The notes beneath the pieces were generated by a model. It was not told where the DNA came from. It saw only the letters and a list, made by a program, of their open reading frames with translations, and searched no databases. Shown one piece after another: positions 11,785 to 22,247 of a stretch of 64,000 nucleotides of DNA (its first letter is position 1; every line of letters starts with the position of its first letter). The position numbers and the translations under genes are program-made. The DNA comes from Gracilinanus agilis (taxonomy: Eukaryota): NCBI RefSeq assembly GCF_016433145.1, contig NC_058134.1, positions 283,927,920 through 283,991,919 on the forward strand. Reading direction: 5' to 3'.

Positions 11785-12194
11785 TATAGTAGGATACAGG
11801 AAATATAGAAATTCTAGGAGACACACTAAGGATTCATGAGCTTGACCTCAGCAATGCAGTGTGGCTGGAGCACATCATCCCTGATAAATACTAGACAGAC
11901 AGAGATGGCATGCATATTCCGTACTTTTGAGTTCTACATATCTCACTGATAGACAACATTTCAAACTTCAGGCAGCCTTCCCACCCCCTAATCCCTCCTA
12001 CGTCACACCTCTTCTGTTAAAAACATATAAACCCAATCCTTTTTTTCTTGGGTGAGGCAGATTCCACCTGCACTTTGCCTCCCAGCCATTCGACTTCCTC
12101 TCCTAATAAATTTCTCTATTTTCTAAAGATTGGTTGGAACCTGATAATTCTTTAGGTGGGCACTCTCCTTGAATCAGGAAACTACTCTCCCATA
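11785..12194 (+). mobile_element. ERV-A 3' LTR, 410 bp
   Basis: Follows the PPT; AATAAA near 12105; ends ...TCTCCCATA before the ACAC TSD. Confidence 0.85.
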
Positions 12195-12574
12195 ACACCC
12201 TTAATGGCAAGGGAATACTTGTTTGATGTTAGAATTGTTTGACTTAATTATTATTAGAGGAGGGAGAGGTAGGGACATGAGCATTTATTAAGTATCTATT
12301 AAGTGTCAGACACTCTGCTAAGTTCTTTACAAATATCTGGGGAATGATGAATTGTGAGCAGTTCTGAAGGCTCAGAAAGGAGATCAGATTAAGGACAAGG
12401 ACCCTGTTTCATTTCTCTCTGTTTTGCATTGCTATTCTGTGGGTATTGCAGGAGCCCCTGAGCCTAAAATCAAGGAAGAACTTTATGACAAGGAGAGTTC
12501 CCTTTCCAAACTCACTGCCCCTCATCTTTCCAGACTTGTTTCTTTTTATACTTACAATATTTTCCTATTCAACT

Positions 12575-14449
12575 AGTTGAGACAAAGGTACAAACTAATG
12601 ATCTATTGGAGACCATACAAAAAGAACTGAAGTCATTATGTAATAAGCTAGAAAAGCAGAAAAGAGGGCATGATGATACTACACCAATACCACTTGCCCC
12701 TCTCCGAGAGTCTAATTATCAATCTCTGACCTGCCACTTCTGTAACAAGAAGGGCCACTTAATGATGAATTGTAGGAATTTGTTTTGGATAATTAGGGAT
12801 AATAATAACAACTACAGCTGAGTGGCTCAGTGGATTGAGAGCCAGGCCTAGAGACTGGAGGTCCTTGCTTCAAGTCCGGCCTCGGACACTTCCAGCTGTG
12901 TGACCTTGGGCAAGTCACTTGACCCCTACTGCCCACCCTTACCACTCCTGGGCCAAGGAGGGTCCCTAGCCCGGATGAAAAAAGGAGGAGGGTCAAAAAG
13001 AGAAACCAATCCTACTAGGATTGCTAAGACTTCTATGCCAATAAAAAGGACTTAAACCTAGTGTGAGCATCAAGATTGTGACGCTTAACATACATTAAGA
13101 TGTAGGACTCTTTGAACCACACTCCTTGTAAAAATTTATATATCAAGTACCTAACAATTGGCTGCTCTGGCTCCATATTATATCCCTGAGAAGAGACAAT
13201 GAAAGAAGAAAAGAAGAAATGACGTAATATCAGACCAATAAATATAAATCCAGTCCTTTTCCCTAACTTTCTTACTATGGTGGTTGACTGTGGTACTGGC
13301 TGCTAAGTGGGTAAGTGCATGATATTGGACATGGATTACTTTAATTGGACATTATTCAAAGACCTAGTGTGATTTTCTATTTTTTTTCTTATTTAGAACT
13401 TTTTTCATATAAAATTTAGGATTGGATGTTTAAAATTTTTCATCCACTACTTATTTGGTTTTTGTGCTAAATTTTCTGATGAATTTGATTGGCAGTGATT
13501 CATATGCCTCATGCCTCAGCCATGTTTTCCCTGTGTGATTTCATTGTTTTTTTTTATCCTCCTCAGCGGGGAATGTGTTTTTATTTCATATGGAGAATTT
13601 AGGTTGTTTTAGAAAAGAAGTTTACTACCTCCTGGAATCGAACTGGAGATGTCCATGAAGACCACATGGAGAAAGCATGACCCAGGAGCCTAAGAGAGCA
13701 ACTGGATGTGAAAAATTTTGAACTTTTGGAGGTTTTAAATTCATTTGTCTGGTTTTAAAATTCATTTGTTTTGTTAAATTCATCTGTTTTGTTTAAATGA
13801 ATTTGTTTTATGTATGTATCTATTTTGTTGTGAAAAAAGGGGACTTCCCCTGAATATTTTTGTAAAAGAAGCACCATTTGATTTATTTATGCTGTAAAAA
13901 TTGTTACCTTTCATCCCTTGTATTGATGTATTTACCCTTTATTTATTGTAATTGTAAATTTATTTATGTTTGTTATGATCCATTGGGGAGATTGGTCTTC
14001 CAAAGGATCACAGGGAGGAATTTGGAATTATCCTAAGCCTTGGGAGACTACAACTCCCAGGACTCTCTCTGCTACAACTTCCCCTGACACTTCCCACTTC
14101 CTTTGTGGGAGGTGTCAGGTAAGTATAAAAGGGAAAGTTTGGCGCCTTTTCGCTTTCCACCTTGGAGGCTGGCTGGGCTCTCTCTACCCTGAGACCCTGA
14201 TCTCTCTCAGTGCCTTTTACCCTTTCTTCCTACCTCCTAGTTTTCCTTATACCTTTCCCTTTCTAATTAAAAGAAAACCTAGTAATTCAAAACCCTTAAG
14301 TTGCTCTCTGATCATTTATTTGAGGGCTCTGGTCAATTTCCCCCTGCTAGGGCTGGGACCACTACCTTCCTTTCCATTCCTCTACCTTCCTCTCTCCTTT
14401 CTCCCATCCATCCTACCAACCTTCCTCTTCCTCCCTTGACTTTTCAACA
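12575..14449 (+). mobile_element. ERV-B remnant: gag nucleocapsid fragment, noncoding internal region and LTR (about 13971-14449)
   Basis: Intact CCHC knuckle CHFCNKKGHLMMNC at 12732-12773. LTR has TATAAAA and a CA end. Flanks rejoin the unit sequence seen at about 25080 and 36030. Confidence 0.75.
12813..12996 (+). mobile_element. Young marsupial SINE
   Basis: tRNA-like head, CORE domain, retained CpGs, A-rich end. Confidence 0.85.
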
Positions 14450-14876
14450 CACACTCCCATAATGTTCCAGTTTAATTGATTGTTCCTTATGAATGACATT
14501 CCATATCCCTTGGAGTCACTTTGTCCTCTCCAGCTCTTGGAATTCTTAGATTCCCACTAAACTCATGGTAAGTCCCATCTCCTACACCATCCCTTTCCTT
14601 ATCTTCTGAGTTTAGTGCTCCTCTTTCAACTTAACTTGTCTATTTTGTACACTGACATACCTTATATTTCCTCAAAGAAATTTAATCTCCTTAATGGCAG
14701 GGATTGTGCTGTGTTTTATCTTTGTAATTTTAGCATCTGCCATAGTCTCTGACCTACAGTAAGAATTTAATAATTGCTTGCAATTCCAGGTAAGATGACC
14801 ATGTGAAATGCCTAGAGGATTCAACTCTCCCACCTTTGCTTCATCATTGGTTTAACAAGAGCAGCAGATTGATCAA

Positions 14877-15540
14877 TGTAAGAGGGGAAACTAGATATTT
14901 AAGGTATGGTCGCCAGGAATGGGATTAACTTGATTCCAAATTAAAATAGACCCAAGTCAGGATGACTTTTATGGAAGTTTATTTACAATTAGGAAGGTTG
15001 AAGGTAGGGAAATTGAGAGAGAGAAACTCTGGCCCGGACCACAGGTCCAGACCGGGTAAGAGTTTAGAGGTCCCAGCAAAGGAGCACAGAGGTTAATTAA
15101 ACAAGGCTTTTTACAATTAGAGAGGCAAGAGAGGCCTCCTTGAGGGTAGCGACTCCAGAAACACCAAGGGAGGAGAAAGGAAGTCAGCCTAACTTACCCA
15201 TGTGACAATTCATAGGGAAGCCGTCTGAGGTCTTGCCAGAGATCCTTCTACACCAAGTTCAAAGAGCCAACCACCTCCACAGGAAGTTACCATCATATTT
15301 AAAAGATAGCATCTTTTGTCACTTCCTGCAACCATCTTCAAATTGAAGTGGACAAATGGCAGCCTCAACACTGTTTTGGACTGCCCAAAGGGCAGTCCCT
15401 TGTTCTTGATTTGTTACTTATTGTCACATGTGGGTAACTGATCTTCCCCTCTCCACTTAATTCTAAGTTGGGTGGGGTGACATTATTTCTGATGGCTAGA
15501 GTCTAACAATGAAGGAGGATAAGCTAATTCCATTTACACA
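14877..15540 (-). mobile_element. Solo LTR, 664 bp
   Basis: TG...CA ends, TSD TCAA (14873-14876, 15541-15544); empty site at about 25550. Confidence 0.9.
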
Positions 15541-16154
15541 TCAATAACCCCCAAATCCAAAGTGAATCTTAAATAAATGGATTCATCTATTGTAGGATTA
15601 AATGAAAAGATGACCAGAAGCTAAGAGCCCTGGTAGAGGAAATAGCACCCACGTTCTCAGCTCAGGGACATCCCAGATTCTCTTTAACTGGGAAAAGTCC
15701 AGCAGTAGAGTGAAGCAGTAAGATGAACAGAGTTGTCATCAGAGGGCACAGAAGAAGCAGAATACTGATATTGGAAGCCTCAGAGAGGGGATGAGACAAC
15801 TCAGTGCCCTGATTAGGGACAGTTACTCACAGAGCTCTGACCACATAATGGGGATTAAATAGATAGTGGCCTATGGCGGTGATTTAAATAAAATAAAGGA
15901 TATGAATTGAACAGTGGAGGAAGGGATGGGGCAATGGGCAACATGAACCTTACTTTTATCTGTACTGAACAAAGGTGGGGCTAACACTGTTAAGTCACAC
16001 TCCCTTTATCCCTTTCAAATATATTGAACTCAGCAGAGAAATATCAGAATAGCAGAGAAGGGGGCAGTTTAGAGGGAGGGTAGGGATGGTATAAGCTAAA
16101 CAAAATCTAATATTAGAGATGGGTCATAAAGTGGGGTTTAAGGAGGGAAAAAGT

Positions 16155-16191
16155 ACAATAAAATGAAGCTGGATAAGATGAGGTATGCCTG
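16155..16191 (-). mobile_element. Tigger1-like terminal remnant
   Basis: ATAAGATGAGGTATGCCTG matches the Tigger ends at 28910 and 39301. Confidence 0.65.
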
Positions 16192-16255
16192 TTCATACCT
16201 CCCAATGTTGTTGTCATGATTAAACAAAGTAATATGTGCAAAGGGATTTTTAAAC

Positions 16256-18299
16256 CATTTATTAATATTCATTTTTAACATGGTTACATGATTCATGCTC
16301 CTACTTTCCCCTTCACCCCCCGCACTCCCCCCACCCATGGCCGATGCACATTTCCACTGGTTTTAACATGTGTCATTGATCAAGACCTATTTCCAAATTT
16401 TTGTTAGTTGCATTGGTGTGGTAGTTTCGAGTCCACATCCCCAATCATGTCCTCCTCAGCCCATGTGTTCAAGCAGTTGTTTTTCTTATATGTTTCCTCT
16501 CCTGCAGTTCTTCCTCTGAATGTGGGTAGCATTCTTTACCATAAATCCCTCAGAACTGTCCTGTGTCATTGCATTGCTGCTGATACAGAAGTCCATTACA
16601 TTCGATTTTACCATAGTATATCAGTCTCTGTGTACAATGTTCTTCTGGCTCTGCTCCTTTTGCTCTGCATCAATTCCTGGAGGTCTTTCCAGTTCACATG
16701 GAATTCCTCCAGTTTATTATTCCTTTGAGCACAATAGTATTCCATCACCAGCATAAAGCACAATTTGTTCAGCCATTCTCCAAATGAAGGACATACCCTC
16801 CTTTTCCAGTTTTTTGCCACCATAAAAAGCGCAGCTATAAATATTTTCATACAAGTCTGTTTATCTATGATCTCTTTGGGGTAAAAAGCCAACAATGGTA
16901 TGGCTGGATCAAAGGGCAGGCATTCTTTTATAGCTCTTTGAGCATAGTTCCAAATTGCCATCCAGAATGGTTGGATCAATTCACAGCTCCATCAGCAATG
17001 CATTAATGTCCCAATTTTGCCACATCCCCTCCAGCATTCATTACTCTCCCCTTCTTTCATTTTCGCCAATCTGCTAGGTGTGAGGTGATACCTCAGAGTT
17101 GTTTTGATTTGCATTTCTCTGATTATTAGAGATTTAGAACACTTTCTCATGTGCTTATTGACAGTTTTTATTTCTTTACCTGAAAATTGTCTATTCATGT
17201 CTCTTGCCCATTTATCAATTGGGGAATGGCTTGATTTTTTATACAATTGATTTAACTCCTTGTATATTTGAGTAATTAGACCCCCGTCAGAGTTTTTTGT
17301 TATAAAGATTTTTTCCCAATTTGTTGTTTCTCTTCTGATTTTGACTACATTGTTTTTGTTTGTACAAAAGCTTTTTAGTTTAATATAATCAAAACCATTT
17401 AATTTACATTTTGTAATTTTCTCTAACTCTTGCTTGGTTTTAAAATCTTTCCTTTCCCAAAGATTTGACAAGTATACTATTTTGTATTCACTGAACTTAT
17501 TTATAGTTTCCCTCTTTATATTCAAGTCATTCACCCATTCTGAATTTATCTTGGTGTAGGGTGTGAGATGTTGATCTAAACCTAATTTCTCCCATATTGT
17601 TTTCCAAATTTCCCAGCAGTTTTTGTCAAATAGTGGATTCATGTCCCAAAAGTTGGGCTCTTTGGGTTTATCATACACTGTCTTGCTGATGTCACTTACC
17701 CCAAGTCTATTCCACTGATCCTCCCTTCTATCTCTTAGCCAGTACNNNNNNNNNNNNNNNNNNNNNNNNNNNNNNNNNNNNNNNNNNNNNNNNNNNNNNN
17801 NNNNNNNNNNNNNNNNNNNNNNNNNNNNNNNNNNNNNNNNNNNNNNNNNNNNNNNNNNNNNNNNNNNNNNNNNNNNNNNNNNNNNNNNNNNNNNNNNNNN
17901 NNNNNNNNNNNNNNNNNNNNNNNNNNNNNNNNNNNNNNNNNNNNNNNNNNNNNNNNNNNNNNNNNNNNNNNNNNNNNNNNNNNNNNNNNNNNNNNNNNNN
18001 NNNNNNNNNNNNNNNNNNNNNNNNNNNNNNNNNNNNNNNNNNNNNNNNNNNNNNNNNNNNNNNNNNNNNNNNNNNNNNNNNNNNNNNNNNNNNNNNNNNN
18101 NNNNNNNNNNNCTGCTGCTTTATAGTATAGTTTAATATCTGGTACTGGTAAGTCCCCTTCCTTCACATTTTTTTCATTATTTCCCTTGATATTCTTGATC
18201 TTTTGTTATTCCAAATGAAATTTGTTATAGTTTTTCCTAATTCAGTAAAGAAGTTTTTTGGTAGTTTGATAGGTATGGTACTAAATAGGTAAATTAATT
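16256..18299 (-). mobile_element. Young 5'-truncated L1 (ORF2 C-terminus and 3' UTR)
   Basis: ORF2 peptides in the track ([17 protein letters not shown]). TSD (T)GCAAAGGGATTTTTAAAC, 18-19 bp, at 16237-16255 and 18300-18318. Confidence 0.95.
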
Positions 18300-18989
18300 T
18301 GCAAAGGGATTTTTAAACTTTAAAGGGTTACAAAAATGCGAGTTATTAATTATGATTTCAAAGAGAAATAAATGTAAAACACTAATAGTGGGAGATCTCA
18401 GTGTACCCCTTTATACCTAGAGCAATCTAACAAAAACATAAATAAGAACAACATTTAAGATCTGAATAAAATCCTAGAAAAGTTAGATATGAAGAATCCT
18501 GATTTCTCAATTTGAATAGGAAGATTTCTCCTTCTGGGCATTTGGTGTCATAGAGGCTAGAGTACTAAACCTGGAATTGGGAAGACTTCCATTTAAATCC
18601 TACTTGAGGCATTAACTGTGTGGCCCAGACCAAATCATTTAATGTTTCAGCTTATCTGAGACCTTCCCTAGACCTTCCCTGACTGGATCTTATCTCAATG
18701 ACCTGGTCTGTAAAACTGAGATTAATAAAAACAGCATTTACATGACATGGCTGTTATGAGGATTAAATGAAATAATGCTTGTAATGTGCTTTGCAAACCT
18801 CAAAATACTATCGAAATACTATTGCATGTTTCTCAGCTAAGTACAATACCTTTGCAAAAATTAACAAATATTAGGGCATTCCAAACCTCACAAACACATT
18901 CAGAAAAACAAAAACGTTAAATACAAGTTGTATCAAAGACAATGCAACAAATTTATATTCCTTTTTATTGTATTTTCCCCAATTGCAAA

Positions 18990-19568
18990 CAGAAACAATT
19001 TTAAACATTTATTTTCTGACATTTTATGATCTTAATTCTCTCCTTCCTTTCCCTCACTCTAGGCCAAGGCGGCAAGCAATATGATATAATCTATACATGG
19101 TATCATGTAGTACATATTTCTATATTCATAATGTTGTGAAAGAAGAGACATATGAAAAAAGACACATTTGTAAAAAAAATCTCATGAAGGAAATAAAATG
19201 AAAAATGGAATTCTTTGATCTACATTCAGGAATCTAGAATTCCTTTTATGGTGGTGGATTGTCTTTTTCATTATAAGTCTCTTGGGGTTGTCATGGCTTC
19301 CTGCATCATGTATTATAGTTAAATCATTCACAGTTGATCATTGGACAGAATTTATGTTACCTTACAATGTTCTCCTGATTCTGCCTGCTCATTTTGTACC
19401 AGTTTGCCCAAGTCCCTCCAGTTTTTTCTGATGTCATCTTTTTGACATTTCTTATGACACAGTAATATATGATAACAAGCATATACTACAACTTGTTTAG
19501 CCATTCCCCAATTCATGAACATCCCCTCCGTTTTCAATTCTTTGCCACAACAAAAAGAGGTACTATAT
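18990..19568 (-). mobile_element. Old L1 3' fragment
   Basis: Similar to the reverse complement of L1 3' UTR and ORF2 end. Confidence 0.7.
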
Positions 19569-19844
19569 TGTTATAAATAAAAATGAATCTGGAGGCTTAT
19601 TACCAGATTTATAAGCATTTATTAGTAAAAAGAGAGAAATAGATAGAGGTAGAGAGAGACCTCAGCCTTTTTAATTTTAGGGATAGATCTGATTCTCGAT
19701 TTAGCTGGTTCAGGCCAGGCTTGCCAGAGATGGCCAGATCAGATAAAAAGCCCAAAGATGCATACAGAAGCAAAGAGACAGACTTAGCTTCCTGCCTTTG
19801 TTTTTCAAACCCTGTTGCTCCTCCTCCCTTTCCTTGGCCAATGG
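19569..19844 (-). mobile_element. Truncated LTR (3' end only)
   Basis: Minus strand ends ...TTTATAACA with AATAAA upstream; cut at the OR TM6 fragment. Confidence 0.65.
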
Positions 19845-19910
19845 CTTCTCTACTTGCTCTTCCCACCTAATAGTTGTCACATTGTTCTATGGGACTGCTG
19901 CCATTGCCTA
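19845..19910 (+). pseudogene. 66-bp orphan copy of OR TM6 coding sequence (FSTCSSHLIVVTLFYGTAAIA)
   Basis: 63 of 66 bases identical to 22028-22093 of gene 1. Confidence 0.92.
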
Positions 19911-21221
19911 GTGTGAAGAATCCCACTCCCTCTTTCCTCTCCTTCTGCCCCACTGCTGCTGCTGGTGACATTTCTCTCTTTTCCTGGGATTCTGCCCCTT
20001 TTATTCTCGGTTAGCCTGTTCTCTAGCCTGTGGTGGAGTGGTGCCTCTGAGTATCTCTAGATTCTCAGCCCAGCTGCTAAGTCGCCATACCATTTTCTGC
20101 TCGGTATCCTACTAGCTCGCCTTGACTGAAGTTTTTTACTGAGCTCCACATTCTTAAGAGCAATGTGGGGTTGTGACTTCATCCCTCCCCATCAAGATAG
20201 GAAGGCTTTCTTGCCAATCAAATTCTGGCTGCTTCAGGCTGTGAGAATGTTAAGTGTCTGAGAGTTGAGGGGGAGAAAATGAAGTTATTTCTATCCTGAC
20301 CAGCAGACTGGCATCTTTAGATTCCATATATTCTTAGTATCCCAGAAAGGTACCAACTTAGACTCACTAGATAATACTGTGAATGTATTTGCTTCCCCCC
20401 CCCCCACCTCCATTTCTCTACAAGCCTGAGATACTCCCTGCATTCTCTAATGCTTTTGGTGGAGTTGGAGTGACAAAGATGAGGCTGGAGTGTCTCCTGA
20501 CCAGGTTTTGCTGTACCCACATTGTAGGGAGCTCAGGGAATAGAAGGTGCTGTTTAGTTACTATTCACTTCTCCCTTAAGGAAAAAAAAACTTCTCACTT
20601 CTTTCTTCCCTGTAGATTATAGCCTGATCTCCCTTTCTCCTGGGCCCTGCTCTGGGGATCAGGCTCCCGATGAGTTTGCCTCAGGGATAGTAAGTTAGAC
20701 GACCATATGGGAACGGCTTCTAATGACTGTTATCTCTAATAGGGGCTTTGGGAAAAATACCCATAGGTGGGAGAACTTCTGATGGTTCCCCTTTTCTTCT
20801 GTGCCTCCCTCTGTCTTCCTCAAAGTGTCAGACTATTTCTCTTTTGCTCTTTCCTCACTCTTTTAAAAAAATCTTTTTTCTTCTCTTCCCTTCTCTTTTG
20901 TCTCTCTCTCTCCCCCTCTCTTTCCTTTTCTCTCTTTATGACTGTCTCCCCACCACCCAGTACTTCTCTAGTCTGCCTATATCTGTCTACATCTTCAGTT
21001 TCCTTTAATATTTAAAGGCTAAGATTTTTGACCTTATAGCCCAGGGCTTCATGAGGTGAAAGGGACCACATTGTTATTACCTACAGCATGGTTCCATGCT
21101 AGATTCCATTTTACTTTTGAGAAGTTTAAAAAAATCCCATTTTAAAAATAGTTTTCTCAGAAAGGAAATTCTCATATTCTATTCTTTATTTATCACAATC
21201 CCACAATGGGGAAGTCCTCAT

Positions 21222-21238
21222 GCAACCTTTTACTGTAG
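21222..21238 (+). promoter_or_regulatory. Putative 3' splice acceptor of the OR coding exon (paralogous AG at 33570, 42199, 61437)
   Basis: Pyrimidine tract plus AG, 80-83 bp upstream of the ATG in all four genes; CTAAY branch-like motif in three. Confidence 0.55.
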
Positions 21239-21317
21239 CATTTAATCTATTTCTTTCTCTTTTTTGGGTCTATTAACAATTCTCCATTGGTCCTGATCCA
21301 GACCTAGATTTAGGGAC

Positions 21318-22247
21318 ATGGATAATGATAATGGGACAGCAGTGACTGAATTTATTTTGTTGGGGTTCTCAGGATTGGGGACTTACCAGATCCCCCTGTT
21401 TTGGGGAGTGCTCTTTATCTACATAACCACTCTGCTGGGCAACTTCCTGATTATCACCATTACCCTGCTTGACTCAGCCCTGAGCACTCCCATGTATTTT
21501 TTCCTCAGGCAACTCTCTATGCTAGAGATTTTCTACACTACCACTATTGTGCCTAGGATGCTGAGTGATCTGCTCTCCTCACATCCTCTCATCTCTGTTG
21601 CCAGCTGTTTCACCCAGATGTATTTCTTCATCCTCTTTGGCATTGCTGAATGTTGCCTACTCAGTGTCATGGCCTATGACCGTTATGCTGCCATTTGCCG
21701 GCCCCTGCACTATGCCACACTGATGAACAGGCAGGTGTGTGTGGGTATGATGGGTGCTTCCTATGTAATGGGCATCACTGCAGGCACCAGCAATGCTATA
21801 CTCATCTTTACCTTGCCTTTCCATGGCTCCAACATTATACACCAATTCTTTTGTGATAATCTGCCTGTTTTGCAGCTGGCCAGTGCAGACACATTCTGGG
21901 CTGAGCTTGGGAATCTTGCTTTCACTCTGCTCTTTATTGTCACACCCTTTACACTGATTGTGTTTTCCTATGTTCGTATCCTCATTACCATCCTTGGATT
22001 AGCTTCTGCTCAGGGGCGCCAAAAAGTCTTCTCTACTTGCTCTTCCCACCTAATAGTTGTCACACTCTTCTATGGGACTGCTGCTATTGCCTATGTGAGA
22101 CTCGGAGGCAAAGCTAATCAGGACATGGATCAAATCCTCTCCCTTTTCTACACAGTTGTAACTCCCATGTTCAACCCTTTTATTTATACTCTAAGAAACA
22201 AGGAGGTGATGGGAGCCCTGAAGCGAAAGCTAACAAAACACTTTTGA
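21318..22247 (+). CDS. OR10P1-like: Olfactory receptor, class II, OR10P-like (gene 1), intact 309 aa
   Basis: Single-exon ORF with NGT glycosylation site, PMYFFL, MAYDRYAAICRPLHY, KVFSTCSSHL and PMFNPFIYTLRNKEV. LFWGVL, ECCLL and LAS(A/G) resemble human OR10P1 as recalled. Confidence 0.95.
   Translation: MDNDNGTAVTEFILLGFSGLGTYQIPLFWGVLFIYITTLLGNFLIITITLLDSALSTPMYFFLRQLSMLEIFYTTTIVPRMLSDLLSSHPLISVASCFTQMYFFILFGIAECCLLSVMAYDRYAAICRPLHYATLMNRQVCVGMMGASYVMGITAGTSNAILIFTLPFHGSNIIHQFFCDNLPVLQLASADTFWAELGNLAFTLLFIVTPFTLIVFSYVRILITILGLASAQGRQKVFSTCSSHLIVVTLFYGTAAIAYVRLGGKANQDMDQILSLFYTVVTPMFNPFIYTLRNKEVMGALKRKLTKHF

Larger units (their letters stand above)
3079..12194 (+). mobile_element. Degenerate class I ERV provirus (ERV-A) with rearranged interior
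   Basis: Homologous LTRs start at 3079 and 11785. ACAC flanks both ends (3075-3078, 12195-12198). The outer flanks join into the sequence seen contiguous at about 24720-24770. Confidence 0.8.

Noticed and set aside
13735-13810. About 20-bp tandem repeats (also 49630-49705)
   Set aside because: Short degenerate repeats inside ERV/LTR sequence with no unique spacers; not CRISPR-like.
16992-17678. 228-aa and 123-aa minus-strand ORFs
   Set aside because: C-terminal ORF2 of a 5'-truncated L1, not a host gene.
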